The notes below the pieces were generated by a model. The model was not told where the DNA came from. It searched no databases and saw only the letters and a list, made by a program, of their open reading frames with translations. From the NCBI GenBank assembly GCA_963422735.1, contig OY730476.1, positions 512,001 through 576,000 on the forward strand: a stretch of 64,000 nt of DNA, given 5' to 3'. The stretch comes from Candidatus Latescibacterota bacterium. GTDB taxonomy: Bacteria > Latescibacterota > UBA2968 > UBA8231. Of this stretch, positions 30,298-41,771 are shown in pieces. Made by a program: the position numbers and the translations under genes. How positions within the stretch are numbered: position 1 is the stretch's first letter; every line of letters starts with the position of its first letter.

Positions 30298-30612
30298 ATG
30301 CTAACGCGCAAAACGGACATCCCGACGCGCTCGGCGCCTTCGCTGGTTCTGCTGGTGCTGCTGGTGCTGTTGGCGGCTATAATCGGCGGCCTACCCTTCA
30401 GCCACCAGCTTTTCCACGAGAGCCTCATCGAGCCTGAGCACTGTTCGGCCTGCCTGTTACAGAGCGTCCTATCGCTCCTTTTGGGGGCCTTGGCACTCGT
30501 GCTCGTGGCGCTGAATGCCTCTGAGCCAAGCCCGTCCGTTCTGCACGCAGTGCCCCTGTTCCTTTTTAACCCTCGCTTTACCCATCTCAACCGAGGCCCG
30601 CCCCGGTGCTAA
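30298..30612 (+). CDS. DUF2946/CruR-like regulatory leader protein
   Basis: TM segment, H-x3-H, HCSAC, second hydrophobic segment, C-terminal RGPP; directly upstream of the lipoprotein and TonB receptor. Confidence 0.75.
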   Translation: MLTRKTDIPTRSAPSLVLLVLLVLLAAIIGGLPFSHQLFHESLIEPEHCSACLLQSVLSLLLGALALVLVALNASEPSPSVLHAVPLFLFNPRFTHLNRGPPRC

Positions 30613-30761
30613 TACATCCACGCTTGTAAACCGCTCGAATCGAGTGCGTGGGTGCCCCTCTCCATATCCATTATCCATTTCGCATACCATTGAATTCCCG
30701 TCCTGCGCTCAACCTCCCAGGAGAGTGCGCGTGGACGGCCAAACCCTTGGAGACTAGCACC

Positions 30762-31232
30762 ATGCTTAAAAGCATATCCGCGTTGAGCATCTTTGCCCTT
30801 GCCCTCTTTATTGCTGGCTGCGGCGACGACGACAACCCCGTCGATACGCACGAAGAAGAACACGCCGAGGCCGTCGGCTTAATCGTGCTCGATAGCGGCA
30901 GCGAAATTGTCCGCGTTGAAAGTGATCAGGTGACCGGCGAGATCGAGGTCGGCCACGGCAGGGAAACCGCCCTGCTATCTGTGCGCTTTATTGCCGAAGA
31001 TGGCGACCTCTTCACCCCGGACGAAGGCGATGGCTTTGCCCTCGATTGGGAAATTGCCGATGAGGGCATCGCCGAAGTCGAGCATCACGCCGAGGACGGT
31101 GCTTGGGCTTTTCACATCATCGGCTTGGAGGAAGGCCAGACCACCATCCGCATCAAAATAAACCATGGAGGCCACGCCGATTTCGTCTCGCCAGAGATCG
31201 AGATCCACGTCGAGGAGGAGTCGAGCGGTTGA
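30762..31232 (+). CDS. Acidic/His-containing lipoprotein, probably metal-binding
   Basis: Lipobox FIAGC; HEEEHAEA, EHHAE and NHGGHADF motifs. Confidence 0.8.
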   Translation: MLKSISALSIFALALFIAGCGDDDNPVDTHEEEHAEAVGLIVLDSGSEIVRVESDQVTGEIEVGHGRETALLSVRFIAEDGDLFTPDEGDGFALDWEIADEGIAEVEHHAEDGAWAFHIIGLEEGQTTIRIKINHGGHADFVSPEIEIHVEEESSG

Positions 31233-33511
31233 CATCGTGCTGCACTGAATGTACTGCTACTGAGCTGCAGCCACGCTCCCAAGGGCCGAGCGGTTTGATT
31301 CTCTGCTCAGCCTGCCTCTTCCTCCTCGGCCTCGGCTTGGCAGCAGGTCCCGCTTGGGGCAGCCAAACCGGTGCTTTGGCCGGCCACGTGATCGACGCCA
31401 AAAGCGGCCAACCCGTCGGCTGGACTACCATCGTGATCAAAGGGCTCGAACGGGCGCGGATTAGCGACGCCGGGGGGTACTTCTTCTTTGCCAACGTACC
31501 CCCCGGTGCGCACGTTTTGCAAAGCTTACACGTCGGCTACCACGAGGCTCGCTTTGAGGTCGAGGTCGTCGCCGGGGATACCACCCATATCGATCTGGCT
31601 ATCGGCCACGAGGCTCTGCACGTAGAGACCATCGTGGTCGAAGGCGAGACGGAGTCAGCACTAGCACCGCTACAGGAGCCTGAAGTCGTCTTCAGCGGTA
31701 GCAAGTTGCGCCAAAATTTGAGCCGCACCATCGCCGAGACTATTGACCACGAGCCGGGCATTGCCCAGCGCTCGATGGGGCCAGCACCCGCGCGTCCGGT
31801 GCTGCGCGGGCTGGGCGGCGACCGCTTGCTGATGCTCGAAGACGGCGAGCGCACCGGCGATTTGTCCGGCACCTCCTCGGATCACGCAGTGGCCATTGAG
31901 CCGATGACCACCGAGCGCATTGAGGTCGTGCGCGGCCCCCGCACCTTGATCTACGGCTCCAATGCCTTGGCCGGGGTCGTCAATGTGGTGCGCGGGTCTG
32001 TGCCCTCCCAGCGGCCCGATGGCTTGAGGGGGGCTTTGATCTATCAGGGGGAGAGCGTCAATCGAGGTTTGTCCGGCGGCCTGACTCTCGAGCAGGCACT
32101 TGGCCCACTGGCTTTGCGCTTCGACAGCAGTCTGCGCAACGCCGACGATATCGCCACCCCACGCGGGGTGCTCGCCAATACGGACATCCGCACGGGCAAT
32201 GCTTCAGTCGGCCTGAGTCTGGTGCGCCCTTGGGGCTATGTGGGTGCATCCGGCAGTCTGTACGACTCCGACTACGGCATTCCCCCCGACCCGCAGGGCG
32301 GCCACCCGGACGGCATATCCATTGCTCTCCAGCGCCAGCACCTCGAAGGGCGCGGCGAAATCCTCACCGGGCCGGACTGGCTAAAGCGCCTAGAGCTGCA
32401 CCACTCGTTTTCGCGCTATCAGCACGGCGAATTCGAAGCTAGTGGCGACTTGGGCTTGGAGTTCGGCGTGCTCACGCACCACAGCGGCGCTCTGGTCCAC
32501 CTAGATCGCACAGGGCCTTTTGCAAACGGCGCGGTCGGCCTGTGGTACGAGTACCGCAACTATGCCACGGCCGGGCTTAGTTTCACACCGCGGGCCGAGG
32601 AATACGCCGGTGCTTTGTTCACGTACCAAGAGTGGGAGCATGGTCCTTGGGCTATCAATGCGGCCTTTCGCGTTGACGCCCGCCGCGTCGAGCCGAGAGA
32701 AGAACGCGACTCGCGCCGGGTCGGCCGCATCCAGATGCGCGACTTTGCCGATATGTCCGCCGGCTTGTCCAACCACTACCGCGCCAGCCCGACCTTGACC
32801 CTGGGCGCGACCTTGATGCGCACCTTTCGCGCCCCCGGCATCGAAGATCTGTACTCTGAAGGACCGCATCTGGCCGCCTACGCGTACGAGGTGGGCAATG
32901 GGGCCCTCGACAGCGAACGCGGCCTGGGTTTGGAGCTGTTCGCCGACTACCACCGCGAAGAAGGCCATTTGCACTTGGCCTTCTTCCGCAACGTCATCGA
33001 TGGGTACATTTTCCCCAAGAACAGCGGTGCGCGCAGTCTGCGACGCGCCGATCTGTTCCTCTACCGGACCGTAGGGGAACGCGTCCTTATGTACGGTGCC
33101 GAAGCCAACTTCGATTGGCACGTGGGCGATCACTTGAAGGCAGCCGGCACCTTCAGCTATGTGCGCGGCCAGCTCATTGACCGCAACGACGAACCCCTGC
33201 CGCGTCTGCCGCCCTTGCAAGGGCACTTGGGTTTGACTTGCGAACCCACCGAGGCCCTGAGTGCGACTATTGACCTGCGCCTAGCTGCGAATCAGAACCG
33301 GACCGGCGAGTTTGAAAAGCCTACTAAGGGCTACGCGGTATTGGATTTTTCGAGCCAGTACTACGCGCAGTGGGGGGGACGCCTACACACCTTTGCCCTG
33401 ACTCTAGAGAACGCCACCGATGCGGTGTACCGCAACCACCTCAACCGCGTCAAGGACATCCTGCCCGAGCCAGGCCGCAACTTGCGCCTGCTGCACAAGG
33501 TGTTTTTCTGA
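31229..33511 (+). CDS. TonB-dependent receptor (ZnuD-like metal uptake) with N-terminal carboxypeptidase-regulatory-like domain
   Basis: RPVLRGLGGDR, SSDHAV, IEVVRGP..YGSNA, LYSEGPHLA and PEPGRNLRL..F; TTG start overlaps the upstream stop. Confidence 0.9.
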   Translation: MTSCCTECTATELQPRSQGPSGLILCSACLFLLGLGLAAGPAWGSQTGALAGHVIDAKSGQPVGWTTIVIKGLERARISDAGGYFFFANVPPGAHVLQSLHVGYHEARFEVEVVAGDTTHIDLAIGHEALHVETIVVEGETESALAPLQEPEVVFSGSKLRQNLSRTIAETIDHEPGIAQRSMGPAPARPVLRGLGGDRLLMLEDGERTGDLSGTSSDHAVAIEPMTTERIEVVRGPRTLIYGSNALAGVVNVVRGSVPSQRPDGLRGALIYQGESVNRGLSGGLTLEQALGPLALRFDSSLRNADDIATPRGVLANTDIRTGNASVGLSLVRPWGYVGASGSLYDSDYGIPPDPQGGHPDGISIALQRQHLEGRGEILTGPDWLKRLELHHSFSRYQHGEFEASGDLGLEFGVLTHHSGALVHLDRTGPFANGAVGLWYEYRNYATAGLSFTPRAEEYAGALFTYQEWEHGPWAINAAFRVDARRVEPREERDSRRVGRIQMRDFADMSAGLSNHYRASPTLTLGATLMRTFRAPGIEDLYSEGPHLAAYAYEVGNGALDSERGLGLELFADYHREEGHLHLAFFRNVIDGYIFPKNSGARSLRRADLFLYRTVGERVLMYGAEANFDWHVGDHLKAAGTFSYVRGQLIDRNDEPLPRLPPLQGHLGLTCEPTEALSATIDLRLAANQNRTGEFEKPTKGYAVLDFSSQYYAQWGGRLHTFALTLENATDAVYRNHLNRVKDILPEPGRNLRLLHKVFF

Positions 33512-33520
33512 GAAGCGGCG

Positions 33521-33554
<34 letters not shown>

Positions 33555-33581
33555 CCCCTACCACGAACCACTGATCAGTCC

Positions 33582-33887
33582 TCAGCTCCCCGGCTGCCAC
33601 TCGTTGAGCGTGCGGGCGAAGAGGATATCCGAGCGGGTGACGGCCCCTTCGCTGTGGGTTGTTACCGAGACGGCGATGGTGCGCTTGCCGGTATCTAGGG
33701 AAAAGTCGGGGTGGTGGTTCTGCTCGGTGATGGTGCGGGTCAGGTGGTTGAGGAACGAGGTGATGTCCTTGAAGTTGGCAAAGACGAAGTCGCACGCGAG
33801 GATGATGCCGTCGCGCCGCCAACCTTCGAGGGTTTGCAGTTCGGCATCTGCTTCTGCAGCGCTAAGGGTGGTTTTGTCTTCGGTCAT
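33582..33887 (-). CDS. phhB: Pterin-4-alpha-carbinolamine dehydratase
   Basis: EQNHHPD and TTHSEGAVT..D motifs. Confidence 0.85.
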   Translation of the reverse strand: MTEDKTTLSAAEADAELQTLEGWRRDGIILACDFVFANFKDITSFLNHLTRTITEQNHHPDFSLDTGKRTIAVSVTTHSEGAVTRSDILFARTLNEWQPGS

Positions 33888-33913
33888 GGCGGATTGGATC
33901 CTCGTTGAGATGG

Positions 33914-35023
33914 TTAGGTGGCCAGGATGTGCCGGAGGCGGTCGGCGATGATTTCGGCTTCTCCGTCTAGGAGCGTTTGCGGCCCGATGCTGAGCGCGGT
34001 ATCGCCGCCGCTGACCAAAATCGACGGCTCACCTTCTGCGAGTGCGCGTACTACGTCATCGGCCAATCGGGGGGCCGCGTCGCCGAAGTGCAGATGTACC
34101 AGCGGCGAGGCCGGTGGAAATTTATTCTCGTAGGCCCTGGTAAAACGAGCTTCAATGCCGGCGATGCCTTCGACAGCCTCGGCGACGACCCGACAGCGGC
34201 GCTCCCACTCGGCCACTTGCACGGCTTCGTCCATTTCAAAGAACAGCTCGACGGCGCGGAGCAGGCCGCATATTTCCTCTTTGCCAACCTTCATGCCGCG
34301 CCCGATGGCCGAGTGCGGGTTAGAGTTGAGGTGGCACGCGGCAATCAGGTCTTTGCGCCCCAGGATCAGGCCCGATGACTGCGGCCCGAATAGGCCCTTG
34401 CCGCCGCTGAAGACGGACAGGTCGCAGCCCATGGCTGGTAGGTCGGTCAGGTTGGAGCGCGGCGGCAATTGCGCGGCCGCATCGACGATGACCGGCACAT
34501 TGCGCTCGTGGGCGGCGGCGACAAGCGCGGGCAGCTCGGACAGGGGCTGGCTGCCGAGGAAGTACACCACGGCCGCGGTCTTGGGGCCGATGCCGGCGAC
34601 GTAATCGTCGAGCGTCACGGCCTCTGTGGTCCCCACTTTGACCAGCTCGCCGCCGCTAAGGCAAAAGCCCTGATGGACGTAGTAATGCGAATCGACCAAG
34701 CTGATGACGAACTGGTTGGGGCGGCCGCCGACATCGGGGAGCTGGGCAATGGCGCGAGCGTCGGTACCGGTTAGGCAGGCCGCACCGGCTAGGAGCATGC
34801 CGCCGGCCGCGCCCGAAGACACAAAGGCCGCTTCAGCACCGGTCAGCGCGGCGATGCGGGCACCAGCTTTTTCGTGCAACTCGTTGAGGTGGACGAATTG
34901 GCGCGACGCTTCGACCATGGCCTCGACCACGGGCGCGGGCATGATGGAGCCGCCGAGTGTGGTGATGGTGCCGCGGGCGTTGATGAAAGGGCGCAGCCCC
35001 AAGCGCTGGTATAGGGTGGACAT
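33914..35023 (-). CDS. SelA-like PLP-dependent enzyme (DgaE/D-glucosaminate-6-phosphate ammonia-lyase family)
   Basis: INARGTITTLGGS, VDAAAQ, FSGGK..GPQSSG and IGRGMKVGKEE motifs. Confidence 0.85.
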   Translation of the reverse strand: MSTLYQRLGLRPFINARGTITTLGGSIMPAPVVEAMVEASRQFVHLNELHEKAGARIAALTGAEAAFVSSGAAGGMLLAGAACLTGTDARAIAQLPDVGGRPNQFVISLVDSHYYVHQGFCLSGGELVKVGTTEAVTLDDYVAGIGPKTAAVVYFLGSQPLSELPALVAAAHERNVPVIVDAAAQLPPRSNLTDLPAMGCDLSVFSGGKGLFGPQSSGLILGRKDLIAACHLNSNPHSAIGRGMKVGKEEICGLLRAVELFFEMDEAVQVAEWERRCRVVAEAVEGIAGIEARFTRAYENKFPPASPLVHLHFGDAAPRLADDVVRALAEGEPSILVSGGDTALSIGPQTLLDGEAEIIADRLRHILAT

Positions 35024-35082
35024 GTGTAGGTCCTTAAGGAAGCAGTGGATTGAAATCGCGCATCTAACTCGGCAATTATAGT

Positions 35083-35124
35083 AAAAAAAGAAAGCGGGCG
35101 GGATGAAACACCCCGCCCGCTTTT
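35083..35124 (-). terminator. Rho-independent terminator after groEL
   Basis: aaagcgggcggg-atgaaacac-cccgcccgcttt stem followed by a T-run on the minus strand. Confidence 0.85.
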
Positions 35125-35144
35125 GCATGTGCGCCAAGCGTCCC

Positions 35145-37097
<1,953 letters not shown>

Positions 37098-37127
37098 TTA
37101 GGGGTAAAATGGCTATGGGATGCTATA

Positions 37128-37144
37128 TGCAAGATTCGTGCCAA
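37128..37144 (-). promoter_or_regulatory. Sigma54 (-24/-12) promoter of groESL
   Basis: Minus strand TTGGCACG-aatc-TTGCA matches TGGCACG-N4-TTGC exactly. Confidence 0.8.
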
Positions 37145-37351
37145 AGGAAGAAAATTTTCCTAGTGTTTTGTTTATAAAGAACTTACACCGTATCCCGACG
37201 CAGAGCAGCAAACGAAAATTTTCCTATATTGATAATATACCCGCAAAAAAGAAGCAAAAAACATAGATAACTACATTGAAAAGATGGATTTATGAAATTT
37301 TCTCTAAAAGACAATAAACAGGTGATATTTTCATTATGAAAAAACGAGCGG

Positions 37352-38137
37352 ATGATGGACTGGGATAACCAGCGGGTCGTGTTGACCGGAGCCAGCAGCG
37401 GCATCGGCCGCGCCTTGGCCCTCGTGCTAGCCGAGCGCGGGGCGCGCTTGGCGTTGGTGGCGCGTCGCGCCGAGGTGCTAGCGGCACTAGGGGCGATAAT
37501 TGAAGAAGGTGGCGGCCGTCAGCCGCTAGTCGTGCCGTGCGACGTAAGCGATCTGGCCCAAGTGGGTGCTCTGCACGCCGAGGTGGTGGCACAATGGGGC
37601 GGGGCCGATGTGCTGATCAACAACGCGGGTCGGGGGTATTACAACTCCTTCGCCGACGCGGAGGTGCGCCAATGCGAAGCCGTGGTGCAAACGAACCTGC
37701 TCGGTGTCATCTACTGCACCCGAGCCTTTCTGCCGGGTATGCTAGCGCAAGGGCGGGGCCGGTTGGTCTTCATATCGAGCATTGTCGGCGAATTCCCCGT
37801 GCCCAAGCACGCAGTGTACAGCGCGACGAAATTCGCGGTGAACGGCTTGGCCGAAAGCCTCGAATACGAGTTGGCACCTCGGGGCATTGGCGTCCACCTC
37901 GTGGGGCCGGGCTTGGTGCATACCGAGTTTGCCGAGCGGGCCGGTACTAAGCACCTGCCGGTGCAGGAAAAGTTCGCTAAGTCGGCGGAGGAAGTGGCCG
38001 AGGCCATCGCGGACGCCGTAGCCGCGGGCAAGCGCAAGAGCATCCCAGACACCGCCGCGCATTTGCTGATCAAGCTGCGCCAACATGTACCCCGCTTGAC
38101 GCGGTTCGCTTTTAAGAAGGTCTGCCGCCGGCTCTAG
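37352..38137 (+). CDS. SDR-family oxidoreductase
   Basis: TGASSGIG, NNAG and YSATK motifs. Confidence 0.92.
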   Translation: MMDWDNQRVVLTGASSGIGRALALVLAERGARLALVARRAEVLAALGAIIEEGGGRQPLVVPCDVSDLAQVGALHAEVVAQWGGADVLINNAGRGYYNSFADAEVRQCEAVVQTNLLGVIYCTRAFLPGMLAQGRGRLVFISSIVGEFPVPKHAVYSATKFAVNGLAESLEYELAPRGIGVHLVGPGLVHTEFAERAGTKHLPVQEKFAKSAEEVAEAIADAVAAGKRKSIPDTAAHLLIKLRQHVPRLTRFAFKKVCRRL

Positions 38138-38143
38138 AGCGTG

Positions 38144-38926
38144 CTACTGAGCGGTGTACCCGCCGTCGACGACTAGGGTCGCCCCGGTGGTAAAGCCAGA
38201 TGCTTCCGAGGCAAAGTAGAGGACGGCCGTGGCCAGCTCAGCCGGGTCGCCCCAGCGATCCATGGGAACCTTGGCAATCATTTCTCGTGCCTTGGCTGGG
38301 TTTTGCAGCAGGAGGGCATTGATCGGGGTGGAAAAGGGGCCGGGGCAGATGGCGTTGACGGTGATCCCGTGCGGTGCCCATTCGAGGGCGAGGGTTTTGG
38401 TGAGCTGGACGATGCCGCCCTTGCTCGATGCATACGGGGTGCGGTGGGCGATTGAGACCTGAGACACGGTGGACCCGAGGTTGATGACGCGGCCGTAGCC
38501 GCGCTCGATCATCTGCGGCCCCACGGCTCGGCAGTAGTACATCGGGCCGGTGAGATTGGTGGCGATGACCGCGTCCCAATCCTCGTCGCATAGATCGACG
38601 ATAGGGCTGCGGATGTTGATCCCGGCGTTGTTGACTAGAATGTTGATGGGCCCCAAGGCATCGCTGGTTTGACGGACCGAGGCTTCCACTTGGGCGCGGT
38701 CGGCCGCGTCGGCTTGGAAAGCGAGCACGCGGCCGTTGGTGTGGGCACTGATTTGCGCGGCTGCGGCGCGGGCTTCTTCCACATTGCGGCTGGTGAGAGC
38801 TACGTCGGCACCGGCTGCCGACAGCGCGCAGGCCATGGCCTCTCCGAGCCCCTTGCTGCCGCCCGTCACCAAGGCCGTGCGGCCCTTGAGGCTGAAGAGG
38901 TCGAGCGAGGAGGGCGGGATCATCAT
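38144..38926 (-). CDS. SDR-family oxidoreductase (gluconate 5-dehydrogenase-like)
   Basis: [24 protein letters not shown] and VDGGYTA motifs. Confidence 0.92.
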   Translation of the reverse strand: MMIPPSSLDLFSLKGRTALVTGGSKGLGEAMACALSAAGADVALTSRNVEEARAAAAQISAHTNGRVLAFQADAADRAQVEASVRQTSDALGPINILVNNAGINIRSPIVDLCDEDWDAVIATNLTGPMYYCRAVGPQMIERGYGRVINLGSTVSQVSIAHRTPYASSKGGIVQLTKTLALEWAPHGITVNAICPGPFSTPINALLLQNPAKAREMIAKVPMDRWGDPAELATAVLYFASEASGFTTGATLVVDGGYTAQ

Positions 38927-39168
38927 AGCGAGGCCCAGCCTTCGGCCTCGACCATGGATTTGGCGAGGTTTCCCAACTCGGCGACTAGGTCGCCTTGATC
39001 TTGGGCGCGGGCCTTATTGGTGATCTGCATGGTTAGGGCGATCAGCCCCAAGCCGAAGATCCGCTGCAAACTCTGCGGCGAGTCTGGTTCGAGGTCGGGA
39101 ATCAGCTCGGACAGGCGGTTGAGCAGGTCGCGGTGCGCGGCGGGAATTTCAATGACTTCCAAGGACAT
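38923..39168 (-). CDS. Small hypothetical protein
   Basis: Fills an operon gap, ATGA-coupled to the SDR gene, host-like codons. Confidence 0.55.
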   Translation of the reverse strand: MSLEVIEIPAAHRDLLNRLSELIPDLEPDSPQSLQRIFGLGLIALTMQITNKARAQDQGDLVAELGNLAKSMVEAEGWASL

Positions 39169-39204
39169 AAGTAGCGTCAAAGGTAACGCATGGCCTAGTT
39201 GCGG

Positions 39205-40050
39205 TCAAAGTTCCACATCGCGGGCGACGAAGCGTTCGCCATCTTGAACGATGCGGCTCCACGGCGCGTCGGGATCGTGGTCCCAAGCCACAATCCACCC
39301 CTCGGCGGCGGCATCGGCGGCAAAGTGCTGTTTGCGGGTCAAGGTCTGGTAGGGAAACATGTCGTAGGCCATGTTCCAATAGGGCCGCAGGTGGAGGCGC
39401 GTCGGCACCAGTTCCCCGGGATAGACGAGGGTATGGCCACCGGCCTTGAGGCGAAAACCCTGATGGGCGTGGGTGTGGCCGCCGGTGACAAAGGCCGTCA
39501 GCTTAGGAACCAATTCGCTGTCGCCGTCGAGGAAGCGCATCTCGACTTGGCGGGCGAGCACGTGCAGTTCTTGGGGCCGATAGCTGCTCCGCATGGTGCT
39601 GCGGCCGGCCAAGGCGTCGTCCCACTCGCCGCGTTGCACCGCGTGGACGGCGTTGGGAAAGAGCGGGGCTAAACCCGTAGGCCCGGCGACGAGACAGCCG
39701 CAGAAGTGGTCGAAGTGCAAGTGGGTGAGCGCGACCATGGTAATCGCCTCCGGGACCACGCCTGCGGCCGCGAGCGAGCCGCGAAGCGTATGTGCGCTGT
39801 TCATGCCGTACATGGCGCGCTCGCGCGGGGAGAAGCGCTCGCCAAATCCGGCGTCGAGCAGCACGAGCTCGCGGCCCATTTTCAGGAGCAGGCAGTTACA
39901 CGACAGGCGGATGCGGTTGTGTTCGTCAGCGGTGGCAGCACGCTGCCACAGGGCCTTGGGCACCACGCCGAACATAGTTCCCCCGTCGAGGCAAAAGTCG
40001 CCGCCGGGTAGGTGTACGGCCTCTGCGGCGCCTAGCTGTAAGCGGCGCAT
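39205..40050 (-). CDS. MBL-fold metallo-hydrolase (YtnP-like)
   Basis: LDGGTMFGVVPK, THLHFDH and GGHT motifs. Confidence 0.9.
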   Translation of the reverse strand: MRRLQLGAAEAVHLPGGDFCLDGGTMFGVVPKALWQRAATADEHNRIRLSCNCLLLKMGRELVLLDAGFGERFSPRERAMYGMNSAHTLRGSLAAAGVVPEAITMVALTHLHFDHFCGCLVAGPTGLAPLFPNAVHAVQRGEWDDALAGRSTMRSSYRPQELHVLARQVEMRFLDGDSELVPKLTAFVTGGHTHAHQGFRLKAGGHTLVYPGELVPTRLHLRPYWNMAYDMFPYQTLTRKQHFAADAAAEGWIVAWDHDPDAPWSRIVQDGERFVARDVEL

Positions 40051-41039
40051 CAGAGGGTGGCTAGGACTTTGGCGCCTTCCGCATCGAAGCGGAAGGGCAT
40101 CTCGCGCAGGCCCTCTTGGGCCATGGTTGCGCGCAGCTTGGGGTGGTGTTCAGCCGGGCAATAGAACATGAGGAAGCCACCGCCGCCGGCCCCTAACAGC
40201 TTGCCGCCGAGGGCACCGGCCGCGCGGCCGGCCGCGTACCAGCGGTCGATATCCGCATTGGATATCTGCTGCGCCCGCTGCTTTTTGGCCATCCAGTGCT
40301 CGTGGAGTAATTCGCCGAAGCGTTCGAGCGCCTCCCGTTCGAGCGCCTCCTTGATATGGTAGCCGATCCGCTTGGTCTGATGCAAGCTGTCCAAGACCCG
40401 GTCGTCGCCTTGTTGGGTGTCTTGGTTTTGCTGCGCGAGGATGTCCGAACTCTCGCGCCGAATGCCAGTAAAAAAGACCAGCATGTTGGCGGCTAGGGCC
40501 TCGGTGGTGGACGCAGAAATAGCCAGTGGCGCGACTGCGACGCGCCCGCTGGTATCAATATCGAGGCAAGTCAGGCCGCCGAAAGTGCCCAAGTAGTGGT
40601 CGTGTTTGCCCGCTGGCTGGGCGGCCCGCACCGCTTCGATATAGTGGGCTTCCTCTGCCAACTCTTGGGGAGAGGGCCGTTTGCGCTTATAGGCGTGGAG
40701 TGCGGCCAACAGTGCCACGATGAACGCACCCGACGACCCCAATCCCGTGCGTCCCGGCACGTCGGACATCGCGCTTATTTCGATCCCGCCCTCAATCCCG
40801 GCGTAGGTCAGGGCTTCGCGCAGTAGGGGATGTTGGATCTGGCCGGGCGCATTGACCTTTTCGGTCTGCGAGTACTTGACGCGAATGAAGTCTTCCACCT
40901 TGAGGTCGTTGAGCTGGATATAGACGTATTTGTCGATGCCAGCGCTGAGCACAAAGCCTCCGTAGTGGGTATAATAAGACGCTAAGTCGGTGCCGCCGCC
41001 GCCGAGTGGAATGCGCAGGGGTGCTCTGGTGAGGATCAA
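40050..41039 (-). CDS. GHMP kinase, HddA-like (D-glycero-D-manno-heptose-7-phosphate kinase)
   Basis: RAPLRIPLGGGGTD, GLGSSG and GGKLLGAGGGGF motifs. Confidence 0.85.
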   Translation of the reverse strand: MILTRAPLRIPLGGGGTDLASYYTHYGGFVLSAGIDKYVYIQLNDLKVEDFIRVKYSQTEKVNAPGQIQHPLLREALTYAGIEGGIEISAMSDVPGRTGLGSSGAFIVALLAALHAYKRKRPSPQELAEEAHYIEAVRAAQPAGKHDHYLGTFGGLTCLDIDTSGRVAVAPLAISASTTEALAANMLVFFTGIRRESSDILAQQNQDTQQGDDRVLDSLHQTKRIGYHIKEALEREALERFGELLHEHWMAKKQRAQQISNADIDRWYAAGRAAGALGGKLLGAGGGGFLMFYCPAEHHPKLRATMAQEGLREMPFRFDAEGAKVLATL

Positions 41040-41051
41040 ACCAGCCTCGTT

Positions 41052-41771
41052 TCAAGGAAGGGCGAAAGCACCCGAGTCCACGCACTGGCAGGCGTGGCGG
41101 TAGCGCTGTGGCGTATCGGTCGAAAGGAGCTGACCGCGCATGGGATGCCCGAGCAGGGGACGGCCTGTGGCGAGCAAGTCGGCGAAGACCTCGCTGAAGT
41201 CGCAGGGGGTGTCGGGCGGGATGCGGTCGAGGATTTCGGGTTGTAGGGCGTAGATTCCGGCGTTGACCCAATAGTTGTCGAATACTTGGTCGGGCCGAGG
41301 TTTTTCGACGAAGCAGTCGATGCGGTGGTGTGCGTCGAGGCCGACGATGCCCCGCGTGGTCGGGTCGTCCATCCACAGGATCCCGATGCTGGCGATTTCG
41401 TCCTCGCGCTGGTGGGTTTGCCACAAGTCGCCTAGGTCGAAGTTGGTCAGGTTGTCTCCGTAGTACAGTAAAAAAGGCCCGTCGAAGAAGTCGATTACTT
41501 GCCGTGCGGCTCCAGCGGTGCCGAGCAGGTCGTCCTCCAGCGAATAGGTAATCGACACCCCCCAATCGCGGCCGTCACCAAAGTAATCGGCGATGACTTG
41601 GGGCAAGTGGTGGAGGTTGATGACGAGGTCGTCGAATCCGTGCCGCGCCAACAGGCGCACGACGTATTCGAGCAAGGGTTTGCCAGCAAAGGGGACCATC
41701 GCCTTGGGGATCGCATCGGTGAGCGGGCGCAGGCGCGTACCGCGCCCAGCGGCTAGGATCATCGCCTTCAC
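41052..41771 (-). CDS. Sugar-phosphate nucleotidyltransferase (HddC/GMPP-like)
   Basis: LAAGRGTRLRPLT..PK, LLGTAG, YGD, FVEKP and NAGIY motifs. Confidence 0.9.
   Translation of the reverse strand: MKAMILAAGRGTRLRPLTDAIPKAMVPFAGKPLLEYVVRLLARHGFDDLVINLHHLPQVIADYFGDGRDWGVSITYSLEDDLLGTAGAARQVIDFFDGPFLLYYGDNLTNFDLGDLWQTHQREDEIASIGILWMDDPTTRGIVGLDAHHRIDCFVEKPRPDQVFDNYWVNAGIYALQPEILDRIPPDTPCDFSEVFADLLATGRPLLGHPMRGQLLSTDTPQRYRHACQCVDSGAFALP

Noticed and set aside
30613-30761. Cobalamin or other known riboswitch upstream of the TonB receptor
   Set aside because: No B12-box or other recognisable aptamer consensus; the hairpins are better explained by leader-peptide attenuation
33914-35023. Selenocysteine synthase selA
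   Set aside because: It is short (369 aa), lacks the SelA N-terminal domain, and has no selB/selC/selD nearby; it fits the DgaE-like family better
37150-37345. Small ORF or ncRNA in the AT-rich groES-SDR gap
   Set aside because: No convincing ORF or stable structure; consistent with a divergent promoter/enhancer region
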